IMG/VR virus record: IMGVR_UViG_3300024981_000262
Span: 1-58,197 of that record
DNA from: a virus
Taxonomy: Duplodnaviria > Caudoviricetes
Length of the DNA: 58,197 nt
Direction: 5' to 3' (one strand)
A program made the position numbers and the translations under genes. Each line of letters begins with the position of its first letter. The first letter of the stretch is position 1. Positions 19,957 to 28,962 of this stretch are shown here, in pieces. Below the pieces are notes generated by a model. The model saw only the letters and a program-made list of their open reading frames with translations, ran no database searches and was not told where the DNA came from.

Positions 19957-20418
19957 ATGCGCTACCTAATTGCCATTGTCATCACGTGCTGCGCGGCATT
20001 CACGGTCACCTCGCAGACCAGGACCTTTGAGAACGTGACCATTGAGCATGTTCTGAATGGTATTGTGAGCATGGACCGGATCGATACTACCCGTGACGGT
20101 AACCTGATCGTCAGATGTGACACCTTCGACGTCGCGTGGCGCACGTCGGGTGAACGGATCGTCCAAATGGGAATACGTGTACGGTACGGTATGGACAGTG
20201 TGCTTCGGACCAGTATTCCGGACCGGGTTTATGTCATGCTTGCCCGTATCTATGGATTCCGGAGTGGCACGATGCCCATGACAGTGGTTCAACGCTGGAA
20301 TGACCATCTTGCGTGGCTTATCCAAGAGAATCGCATAGGAACTGTTGGAGTGGGTCGTGGCTATCCGGATGTCGTCATCCACATGGGGCCGGAATCCTAC
20401 CAGTTGAGCATCTACTAG
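19957..20418 (+). CDS. Small secreted hypothetical protein
   Basis: Signal peptide MRYLIAIVITCCAAFTVTSQ. Confidence 0.7.
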   Translation: MRYLIAIVITCCAAFTVTSQTRTFENVTIEHVLNGIVSMDRIDTTRDGNLIVRCDTFDVAWRTSGERIVQMGIRVRYGMDSVLRTSIPDRVYVMLARIYGFRSGTMPMTVVQRWNDHLAWLIQENRIGTVGVGRGYPDVVIHMGPESYQLSIY

Positions 20419-20667
20419 GCAGGCGTGTGGGAGAACCTCGGCCGCTCAGAATCCGTATGTTCATGCTCGTCTATGCAAGCCTGTTGAATCCCGGGTCTAT
20501 TCACAATCAGGATTCGAGAACCGTTCCTAGCGTCTACCGTAGCCGGATTCCTATCAACAACCAAGACAGATTCTATGCTTACCGATACACAGGAAGGATG
20601 AGTAAGGGCGATCAAGGATGGAAGAATTCGCGGCTTTGTCGACCTTCTTCGGAGCTACGCGACGAAT

Positions 20668-21261
20668 GTGCGCCAGGATGACAGTCCACATTTTAGTGTG
20701 GTTGTGGACGACAATATGGATAGGCAGCAGTGGTATCGATTCAATGACGAGCATCTCTCGTCGAGCACGGACTTTCTGAGTATCGTACATGAGTTTCATG
20801 GGCTCGTCCGGTATCTCATGGACCACGATCTTATCCTTGTGAGTACCGATATTCTTGTGCCAGATATTCGCATCGAGGCATATACACCGCACCCGATACA
20901 CGGAGCGCCCCGCCGGTTCTTTGATGCCTGCGTATATCTAAGGCAACAAAGTCGGATACTACCATCAGGTGAAGTCATCCGCTATGAACTATACATTGCC
21001 CTTCCGTCGCTTGACCAATACATCGACGACGGGTTCAGGACCCGCCATCAGGTGGAATACGACAGCATGGCGCAACGCGCCATCGGTGCCGAGCGTCATG
21101 CAAAGGAAGCACACCAGATTACTATTGGTCTCGCCATACTGAGCCTTGCGGCTTCTATCGCCGCTGTCCTGACAAGTCTCTTTGCCAGTACGACGATTAC
21201 AACCACAAGCCCGCTCGATGTCCGGGTGTATGACAAAGCACCTGTCCATCGGTCCCGCTGA
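20668..21261 (+). CDS. Hypothetical membrane protein
   Basis: C-terminal TM ITIGLAILSLAASIAAVLTSLF; start uncertain. Confidence 0.6.
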   Translation: MRQDDSPHFSVVVDDNMDRQQWYRFNDEHLSSSTDFLSIVHEFHGLVRYLMDHDLILVSTDILVPDIRIEAYTPHPIHGAPRRFFDACVYLRQQSRILPSGEVIRYELYIALPSLDQYIDDGFRTRHQVEYDSMAQRAIGAERHAKEAHQITIGLAILSLAASIAAVLTSLFASTTITTTSPLDVRVYDKAPVHRSR

Positions 21262-21487
21262 ATGTTCCATTAGAATAGTCGCTGGCTGTGTAGCCAACTG
21301 ACGGCGATGGACGGCCGAAGATGGCCCACGGGCTACTGAAACTCACGGCGGTTCTCACCAACGAATAGGTACCAGCCGCTTCCCGTCACCTTTCCCGCGA
21401 ACCGCACATCAGCGGATGGAAGCGGTCCATGAAAGAGCCCTGCATGTTGGTCACGTGTGGGGTTCTGTTTCTCTGCGAGCGATTCAT

Positions 21488-21521
21488 TTCCGCCAAACCG
21501 CCACGTGGCGGTTTGGCGGAA
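21488..21521. repeat. Perfect 34-bp palindrome at the convergence of cargo and late operon
   Basis: TTCCGCCAAACCGCCAC|GTGGCGGTTTGGCGGAA with no loop. Confidence 0.9.
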
Positions 21522-21557
21522 TGGCGGTTTGACAGAAGCGATATGGCTCACCAGGTA

Positions 21558-21980
21558 TCATGGCGAATCACCGAATTTCCGTTTCATGGACCGCGTCGCT
21601 GCCGAGATGACGACCCTGGCGGCATCCAGGGTCAGGTCCGCCGCCTTGTCGATAAGGCGGCTCACGTCGCGCTTGGGCGCGTTGGCGGCCTCTCTACTCG
21701 ATGACCGTTTGCGCTTTGCTGCCACGCGCGGAGCGGGTTGTCGCGCCGCGCGCTTCGGGGGCGGCTTCTTCACGGGCTGGACCCATGTCCCGGCTGCCAG
21801 GCACCGCAGGCATTCGCGGTATTCGGTGTTGATCATCGTCATCATGATCGTCGCGTCCGGATCGGACGTCCGGTCCGGGTGCCATTGCATGGCTAGAGTG
21901 CGGTAACGCTCCGCTGCGTCCTCCTTGGTTTCGATGTCTCCGAAGAAGATGCGCGTTTCTTCTGTACGGTGCTGCTCCAT
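21558..21980 (-). CDS. J-domain (DnaJ-like) protein with basic tail
   Basis: YRTLAMQWHPDR (HPD motif); GGAGGA RBS before ATG 21980. Confidence 0.85.
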   Translation of the reverse strand: MEQHRTEETRIFFGDIETKEDAAERYRTLAMQWHPDRTSDPDATIMMTMINTEYRECLRCLAAGTWVQPVKKPPPKRAARQPAPRVAAKRKRSSSREAANAPKRDVSRLIDKAADLTLDAARVVISAATRSMKRKFGDSP

Positions 21981-22717
21981 ATCCGTCCTCCATTCTTGCT
22001 TCGCTCGGCGATGATCTGTGCGTACGTCGGCCTGGTTTTCCGGACGCTTGGCATGGCGGCGGCAGGACGGAAGAGGAACAGGCGTTGCACCGTCGGCGCG
22101 TACCTGTTCTTGACGTTCGTTGCCCAGCGGCTGCCGTCCTTGTCGCGCTCGGTCCAGAGGCGGATGTCGACGCGGTGGGGCCACATCCCCGAACCACGAG
22201 AACGTTTCTCCGTGGCGTCCACCTGGGCGACGAAGATGAAGACGACGTTCGGAAACTCGCTTCGTAGTTGCCATACCTCGGCATCCGGCACGTCCATTTC
22301 CTGGACCGAATCGATGATGGCGACGCCGTGGATGCCCTTCGACAGTTCCCGCCGCACGTCCTCGATGGCATTGGTGTCGAACATCCAGATATGCCTGCTC
22401 GATCTGCCCCGGTGGGCCTTCAGAAGGCGCGCCCGCTGCCGGATCGTACCCGAAGCGATGCGTTCCTCGGCACAGACGTAGAGAAGTTCACAGAATCGCG
22501 ACAACTCGCGCGCAAGCTCCAGGCACAGCGTCGATTTCCCAGTCCCCGATGGTCCTGACAGGAGAATCGTGAACTGTTCATCGGCAGGGACCGAGCCAAG
22601 AAACCCCTTCCACTTCTCCGCGAGGCGCAGGCATTCGTAGGGCAGACCATGCAGGTCCCTCAAGGTCATGAGGAGTGCCGTGCGGCCCGCTGGCATGATC
22701 TCCGTGGCACTTCTCAT
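21893..22717 (-). CDS. RecA-superfamily ATPase (RadA/Sms-like ATPase domain only)
   Basis: Walker A GPSGTGKST, Walker B IIDSVQ, YVCAEE, KNRY (KNRF-like); no zinc finger or Lon-like domain. Confidence 0.8.
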   Translation of the reverse strand: MRSATEIMPAGRTALLMTLRDLHGLPYECLRLAEKWKGFLGSVPADEQFTILLSGPSGTGKSTLCLELARELSRFCELLYVCAEERIASGTIRQRARLLKAHRGRSSRHIWMFDTNAIEDVRRELSKGIHGVAIIDSVQEMDVPDAEVWQLRSEFPNVVFIFVAQVDATEKRSRGSGMWPHRVDIRLWTERDKDGSRWATNVKNRYAPTVQRLFLFRPAAAMPSVRKTRPTYAQIIAERSKNGGRIWSSTVQKKRASSSETSKPRRTQRSVTAL

Positions 22718-25700
22718 GATCTCCGTGGCCTTCTGTTCTGCTGCCTCACGCGTTCATGGATACCTGTTCTGAGCGTCCGCATCCTGTCGCCCAGCGACAG
22801 GGGTTTCGGCGGCTCCGGCTCTTCCTCACGCAGATCTTCGGCAGAAGTGGAGAGAGTATCGGCGCCTGTCGCCGGGGGCCCGTCAGGCCATGTCGCGGCA
22901 TGGGGGCTTCGGCCTTCGGCGACCTGCAGGCGATCGCCGAGGGCTGTGGGCTCGTTGCCGTCAGGGAGAGATGCAACCGCTGGCGTGATCTCCCACGTCT
23001 CCAGATTGTTGGCCCGCTCGCCGTTGTCGAATTCCACCATGTAGTCGTACTGCATGGCCCATAGAATCTGCCCCGTTTCATCCGTCAGGACCTTGCCGGA
23101 CTCGCGATCCAGACGCCGGACCTTGCGTTCCCATACGCGCGTGACAGTGCCCAGCCCGCCAACGGGTACGTCGGCCTCGATGACGTCGGTTGCAGCCATA
23201 ACACGGTCACCGACGGAAAAACGCTGCGCCTCCGTGCGAATGAGCCGTGTGTTCTCCGGCTTCATGAAGTTGAGGAGTACCTGCCACAGTTCTTCGTTGT
23301 ACGTCGCCTCCAGATACGGGCCGATATAACGGTCGGTGTTGAGTACGATTCTGTATTGTTCAACGAGGTCCTTGTGCTGCTCCATCCAGTCCAGGAGCAG
23401 ACGGCGTCCTCCTGCGGCCAGTTCAGATCTTAGCCGTATGGGAGCGTACCGCCGCCGACTCGTGTGCTCGTCATCCAGCTCGTCGGTCAGCGTCTCCTTG
23501 TGCGTCAACATGAACGGCACGTGCGACGGCAGTTCCAGGCCACGGATGATCTGCGCATGGAAGAGTGAATGCTCCCGGATTTTACCATCCTTGTCGATAT
23601 TGTGCCGGTCGTAGTTCTCCTGGACATTTTCCGCGCTGGCGAATTCGGCTTCTTCGACACTGACGTTCTTGACTTCGCCCTGGACGGCAGCACCCAGGAC
23701 CCGGAGTTTGGCGGCGATGATGTCCCTGAGACGCTTATCGACCGGCACGTTGACCCACAGGAAGAATACCCGCTGCCGCGATCTGGTCTTCGCCCGATTG
23801 ATCCGCCCCATGATCTGCACGGCTTCCACGGATGAATAGGGGGCCGTCATGATGATGACGCTTCGGGGAGCATTCCCCACAGTATCATCCAGGGAAATGC
23901 CTGTGCCGCCCGCTTCGGGTGTGGCGATGAGGATCCGTTTCGTTCCGGCCTGAAACGCTCTGATGTCATCGGCGCGGCGGTTCTGCGCCGCATCACCGAG
24001 TGCTGCGGGCGCCTCGCCTGTGAGCGCGGCGAACGTCTTGCGTTCATGCTCTTCGTCCAGCCAGGACCACCGCTCCGGCACCGGGTCCTGGCACGCGGCG
24101 CAGTCCACAGCGTCGCCAAGAACTTCCTGCGTACTCGTGCGCGTGCCCGTGACGAACCCTATCGTGTCTTGACCGAAGAGATTGCCGAGTTCACGGGCCA
24201 GGACGTTGACAGTCGAGATTTTCCGTACGACGGAACAGGGGCTTCCCGTAGACGACGAATCCGAATCATTGACGAGCGAACAGAAGATGACGACCTGGCG
24301 ACCTTCCAGAAGCTCCTTCGTCGTCAGCTCGATCGTTTTCTGAATCTTGTAGGGTTCGAGCGCAAACTTCTTTTCGTTGATGATGCTGGCCTTGCACTTC
24401 TTCTCCGTTCCGAGCCGCGTTTCGATCGTCGAGAGGATATTCGTTGCCTGCTGGACGGCGAGTAGCTCGGCAGGATGCGCACCCTGACCACCGATCATGA
24501 CATTGTAGGCCGAGAAATTATCCAGTGACAGCTCGCGTTTCACCATCGTACCGGCGATCGTCAGGTTCTCGAACAGCCTGGAAATGTTGTTCAGAACCAT
24601 TTCCGGCGGCATCCTCGAATCACGGTTGAACCGACCACGCTCGACCAGCTCGCCGTTGTGATAGATGGGTGCCTTCCAGTAGAAGCCGAGGCGTCCCATG
24701 ATCCTCAAATACTGACCTTCGGTCTTGTAGACATTGAGGCCACGCAGGTACCGGATATGCTCCACCTTGTCGGCGGGTGTGGCCGTCGAGAGCATGGTAC
24801 GCGCCGCATTCACTAAGAGAACCATGCCACGGTATGCCTGCTTCGAGCCGTCCTCGAAGTCATAAGGATCGTAGTTTTTGAAGGCGTGCGCTTCGTCGCA
24901 GACGACGGCGCCGAGCTTCCGTCCTACGATACCGAAGGTGGCTTCGTTCTTCTCCCGCACACGATCCTCAAGGGTGTGCTTGAGGATGATGTCAGGATGG
25001 GATGCTTCCTCGGCGCGTAGAGCTTCCAGTATCCGCGCCTTCTCCGCTTCATTCTTTACGTTGACCTGTATCGTCTTGCGGCGTTCACTGAAGTCGGCCT
25101 CGATCCTTCGCACGACATTCTGCACATGCTCCCGCAGCATACGCGCTTCCTGCTGGTCGCCCTTCCAGAGGCCGAACATATGGTAGGAACAGATATAGAT
25201 ACTGTCGGCATCAAGATCTTCCGACAATTCTTCGATCCGCGTGAAGCGTCTGAGGGTGATGCCGGGCTTCGTTCCGTTGGCTGCTTCTTTCTTGCCGCGA
25301 TCCTCCGGCACAACGATACCGAGCTTCTTTGCATCATCATAGAACGACGTCGTGATGATCGACGGCGATTTCGTGATGATGACAACGGGCTTGCGGTCAC
25401 GCCGCACGACCGACGCCGCGACGACCAATTGCTGGAACGTTTTGCCGAACCCTGTACCGTCGGCCAGGAGAAAGGCCCTGGACGGGCCATACATTCCCGC
25501 GAGTGCGCGGTTGATGCCTTCGAGCTGACCGGGGGTGAGTGCTACGCGCGAAGCGATCTCCGTGTCATAGAGCGCGTCCGATGGCGGCGGCGGCATGAGT
25601 TCAGGACGTGAGGTGACAATGCGAAGGGGCTGCATCTCGGTGTCCACCCTATCCGTACGTGGCGGCAATTGGATGGTGCCGTCGGCATTACGAGGCGCGT

Positions 25701-28700
25701 CGCCTGCCGCGCCTGTGACGAGACGGCGCGCCTGTTCCATGTCGGGTTGCAGGACGAAACGCCCTCCCGTGCGGAGTACGCCAGAGAACGTGCGTGTTGC
25801 ACCCGTCGTGATATTCCGAGCAACGGTTCCAAGGTCTACATCTACACTGACGATCTCCCATGCCTGTGCGCCCTGCGTATCGTAGACGATGTTGCCTGCT
25901 TTGACGTCCGCTTCCACAGCCGCTCCTACGGCTACTCCGAACGTGTCGCCTGCGGGTTTCGTCACGCTGAGCATTGCCATAACAATGCCGATCACCCGGC
26001 CGTTCGCGAGTTTGCCGGATGGGCCCATGTATTCCGACGGAGTATAGAGCCGCCAGGATCCGCGCTCCTTCACGAAGTCACGGAAGAGATAGTTCGCTTC
26101 ATCACTACCGTCGATGGCATTGCCGGAGACGATGGCCACGAGCGTCCCGCCGTCCTTCAGCATTCGGTAGGCATGATAGACATGTTTGATGTCGATGCCT
26201 CGGTCGAATGGTGGATTCATGACGATACGGTCGAACTGAAGGGCTCGGTCCCTGTTGTAGGTAAGAAAATCGCCTGTCGTGACATTGAATCCCTTCAAGA
26301 GGAGAACGTCGGAAAGGAGCGTGTCGTACTCGACGACATGCACGGCGGCATCCGGCTGACGGGCGCGTATCTGTTCGGCAATGGCGCCTTCACCTGCCGA
26401 GGGTTCCAGTATCCGCTGCCCTGGCTGGATGTCCGCAAGGTCCAGCATCGTCCGGACGATGGGCAGCGGCGTCGGATAGTGTTCATAGGCCCGTCCTTCA
26501 TAGGCACGCCTTGTGAACTCTGCGGCAGCCTTCTCCCGCATCTCTGCCGGGAGAACGCCGCCATAGCGCCGATGCAGTTCCGTGCCGCGATCGGTAACGC
26601 GCTGGACGATGTCGGGATCCACATCGGCGGATAGCTCCGTGCGATTCCGGAGTGAGACATACCGCCGGTAGGCCAGGTCGCGGCGTTCACGCAGGCCCAG
26701 GAGGGTTTCCCGAATCGATTCCAGATAGGCCTCACGCCCTGCCTGCCATGTGTCCGGCACACGCTCGGCGGTGGTGATCTCCGCTTTGCTGGTTTCCCAT
26801 TCCGCACTGGCCTCATTCGCCAGTTGCTCCAGAATGGTGGGTTCGCCATAGCGGATGAACGCCGAAACACCGATCGGCTGCTCGATCATGGGCCGCGCAT
26901 CGATGATCTGTGTCGGTACGACAATCGTATCACTGTCGTGATCACCCTCATTACCTGCTGCGGTTTCGTGGCGACAGGTATCAAGTTCCTGCGCTTTCCG
27001 CAGACGATAGTCCTCTTCTATGGCCTTGGCGATCGTCTCGAACCTGGCATCGATCGCCGGTTCCAGATGGGCGCTGATCTGTCCGGCACAGAGGGCGGCG
27101 GCGAAGAATGCGACGAGGTCTTTGAACATCAGGCCCAACATGTGCTTGCGGCGCGCTGTGCCGGAGGTGTCATCGCCGAGCGCAGACGCCCCGTCTTCCA
27201 GGCGTGCGCTGCGGGCAAGTGCCGACAGTTCATCGGCAAGACCCGCCGAGCGCAGGTCGTCTGTTGGGTCCGTCTTGAAAGCAAACCCCTTCTTGTAGGA
27301 TGACCAGTATCCGCCGAATGGACGGACAGCATCCCGGAGGCGTTCGTAGTCGCCCCGGCTGATGCGGTCCGGCAGGCGCGCAACCCATAGCGGCGATCCA
27401 TCACGGGTATCCGTTTCCTGCGTGAGCTGCAAAGGAGGCGTATGCGACGTTGCCGTGGCGATGATCGGTGCCAGGATGGTACTGAGGTCAGCCGGCGGCT
27501 CCCGACCACTCTCACCTTCGGCATGGATGGGATTGAGAGAAGCGAGAAACCCACGCTCATCGGTCCGGTAGCCACGCGTCAGTTCACTCCAGACGGTCGC
27601 GAATACGGCGGGTTGCCGCCACCGCAGTTCCGCCATTGCGACGACCCAATAGAGAAGATGCCGGTAGAGACGAGGGGTCTGCAACGTGCGTGGGAACGAG
27701 TAGGCAGAAGGATCGTCCACCGTTACCCGTTTGAGGGTCTTCTCCGCATCTTCAAGCTCCCGCGCCAGTTTCTGGGCCAGTTTCCTTTGGCGGCCCCGCT
27801 TGACGAAGGCAAGGTCGGACGTAAGTCGCTGGGCATCGGACCACACCGAATACAACTCTTGCAGAATCCACGCCACATGTAGAAGCCGTGCGTGTGTTAC
27901 GACGAACGCGATGTAGTCATCGGGGTCCGGCATGTCCCACGAAGCGTCGTCCCTGAGCCTGACATTCGGCTTTTTTCCACACGCCTCTTCGAGGCCGAGA
28001 CGATCATAGGCGGCACGGACGATCTCTTCCCGCACTGCCACAACGCGCTCTTCTCCGTTCCCGGGTTTCCATACGATGCGACTTCCGTCGTCGTCCTGCA
28101 ACTCCACGATCGTGTCATGTTCGACCATGTATTGCACTGACTCGGAGCCTGATGCAGAGTCCTGGTCTGGGGTTACGACATATCGCAGTGGACAGGCTGC
28201 ATAGCTCGCGTAGGTCTCGTTCCTGTCGTATGTCGTGAGTTGCCGTGGACGGGGACCATCGGACGGCTCCCAGGTGTTCATCTTCAAGGCTTCAGAACCG
28301 AGGGTGGTCATCGAGCCAAGAATGGACGGAATCATCGTAACCCGGCCATGTGCGTCGCCGTTCGTTCCCAGGACCAGCGCACCTGGCCGCAATCCGAATA
28401 TGCCGTGGACGACGTGTTGAGGTACCGTTCGCTTGTAGAGATAGCCACCGAATTCCCACTTGGGTTGATGCTCCGTGTTGTGCAGCGTGGCCGCGCGGTC
28501 GTTCTCCTGGAACATCTCCCATCCCGTCGTGCCGACGGGGAGCCAGATGTGTCGTTCCTCATGACCGCGTAGGGCCAGCTTCATGTCTGCGACGGATAAT
28601 GCCTTGCCTGGAACTGACGGAATGATGTCCGGCACGAATGGTATTGACGAAGATCCGCTCGTCTCTTCGGGCGCACTCGCTACTGTTTCTTGTTCTGCCG

Positions 28701-28926
28701 GTGAAGACGATTCTTCCGTGATGATTGCCCCACGAGCGGCGGGCGGCGACGCATCCAGAAGTGCGTCCACGTCGGCGCGTGACATGCCCAGGCGCTCACC
28801 CAACACATGGAACTGCGCATCGATCGTGTTCCAGAGACTCAGCGCGATATGGCCGCTCATGCGGGCGTGCTGATACAACGCGGCCAGTTCCCGGAATGTG
28901 CGAACGAGCGTTTCATGGCGAGTCAT
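22714..28926 (-). CDS. Large polyvalent protein: N6-adenine-type DNA methyltransferase plus Strawberry-notch SF2 helicase (DarB-like architecture)
   Basis: YPTP...LEPSAGEG...VMNPPF; LADGTGFGKT, DEAH, STATP, EAGGTGISL, QIMGRINR. Confidence 0.88.
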   Translation of the reverse strand: MTRHETLVRTFRELAALYQHARMSGHIALSLWNTIDAQFHVLGERLGMSRADVDALLDASPPAARGAIITEESSSPAEQETVASAPEETSGSSSIPFVPDIIPSVPGKALSVADMKLALRGHEERHIWLPVGTTGWEMFQENDRAATLHNTEHQPKWEFGGYLYKRTVPQHVVHGIFGLRPGALVLGTNGDAHGRVTMIPSILGSMTTLGSEALKMNTWEPSDGPRPRQLTTYDRNETYASYAACPLRYVVTPDQDSASGSESVQYMVEHDTIVELQDDDGSRIVWKPGNGEERVVAVREEIVRAAYDRLGLEEACGKKPNVRLRDDASWDMPDPDDYIAFVVTHARLLHVAWILQELYSVWSDAQRLTSDLAFVKRGRQRKLAQKLARELEDAEKTLKRVTVDDPSAYSFPRTLQTPRLYRHLLYWVVAMAELRWRQPAVFATVWSELTRGYRTDERGFLASLNPIHAEGESGREPPADLSTILAPIIATATSHTPPLQLTQETDTRDGSPLWVARLPDRISRGDYERLRDAVRPFGGYWSSYKKGFAFKTDPTDDLRSAGLADELSALARSARLEDGASALGDDTSGTARRKHMLGLMFKDLVAFFAAALCAGQISAHLEPAIDARFETIAKAIEEDYRLRKAQELDTCRHETAAGNEGDHDSDTIVVPTQIIDARPMIEQPIGVSAFIRYGEPTILEQLANEASAEWETSKAEITTAERVPDTWQAGREAYLESIRETLLGLRERRDLAYRRYVSLRNRTELSADVDPDIVQRVTDRGTELHRRYGGVLPAEMREKAAAEFTRRAYEGRAYEHYPTPLPIVRTMLDLADIQPGQRILEPSAGEGAIAEQIRARQPDAAVHVVEYDTLLSDVLLLKGFNVTTGDFLTYNRDRALQFDRIVMNPPFDRGIDIKHVYHAYRMLKDGGTLVAIVSGNAIDGSDEANYLFRDFVKERGSWRLYTPSEYMGPSGKLANGRVIGIVMAMLSVTKPAGDTFGVAVGAAVEADVKAGNIVYDTQGAQAWEIVSVDVDLGTVARNITTGATRTFSGVLRTGGRFVLQPDMEQARRLVTGAAGDAPRNADGTIQLPPRTDRVDTEMQPLRIVTSRPELMPPPPSDALYDTEIASRVALTPGQLEGINRALAGMYGPSRAFLLADGTGFGKTFQQLVVAASVVRRDRKPVVIITKSPSIITTSFYDDAKKLGIVVPEDRGKKEAANGTKPGITLRRFTRIEELSEDLDADSIYICSYHMFGLWKGDQQEARMLREHVQNVVRRIEADFSERRKTIQVNVKNEAEKARILEALRAEEASHPDIILKHTLEDRVREKNEATFGIVGRKLGAVVCDEAHAFKNYDPYDFEDGSKQAYRGMVLLVNAARTMLSTATPADKVEHIRYLRGLNVYKTEGQYLRIMGRLGFYWKAPIYHNGELVERGRFNRDSRMPPEMVLNNISRLFENLTIAGTMVKRELSLDNFSAYNVMIGGQGAHPAELLAVQQATNILSTIETRLGTEKKCKASIINEKKFALEPYKIQKTIELTTKELLEGRQVVIFCSLVNDSDSSSTGSPCSVVRKISTVNVLARELGNLFGQDTIGFVTGTRTSTQEVLGDAVDCAACQDPVPERWSWLDEEHERKTFAALTGEAPAALGDAAQNRRADDIRAFQAGTKRILIATPEAGGTGISLDDTVGNAPRSVIIMTAPYSSVEAVQIMGRINRAKTRSRQRVFFLWVNVPVDKRLRDIIAAKLRVLGAAVQGEVKNVSVEEAEFASAENVQENYDRHNIDKDGKIREHSLFHAQIIRGLELPSHVPFMLTHKETLTDELDDEHTSRRRYAPIRLRSELAAGGRRLLLDWMEQHKDLVEQYRIVLNTDRYIGPYLEATYNEELWQVLLNFMKPENTRLIRTEAQRFSVGDRVMAATDVIEADVPVGGLGTVTRVWERKVRRLDRESGKVLTDETGQILWAMQYDYMVEFDNGERANNLETWEITPAVASLPDGNEPTALGDRLQVAEGRSPHAATWPDGPPATGADTLSTSAEDLREEEPEPPKPLSLGDRMRTLRTGIHERVRQQNRRPRRS

Positions 28927-28962
28927 TGTTGACGTCCTATGTCCTTTGGTTGAATCAAATCG

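Noticed and set aside
21893-22717. Host radA gene
   Set aside because: Lacks the zinc finger and Lon-like domain and is translationally coupled within the element operon
22694-22729. 15-bp direct repeat CATGATCTCCGTGGC at a gene junction
   Set aside because: Probably a local duplication giving two alternative ATG starts; no evidence for a target-site duplication
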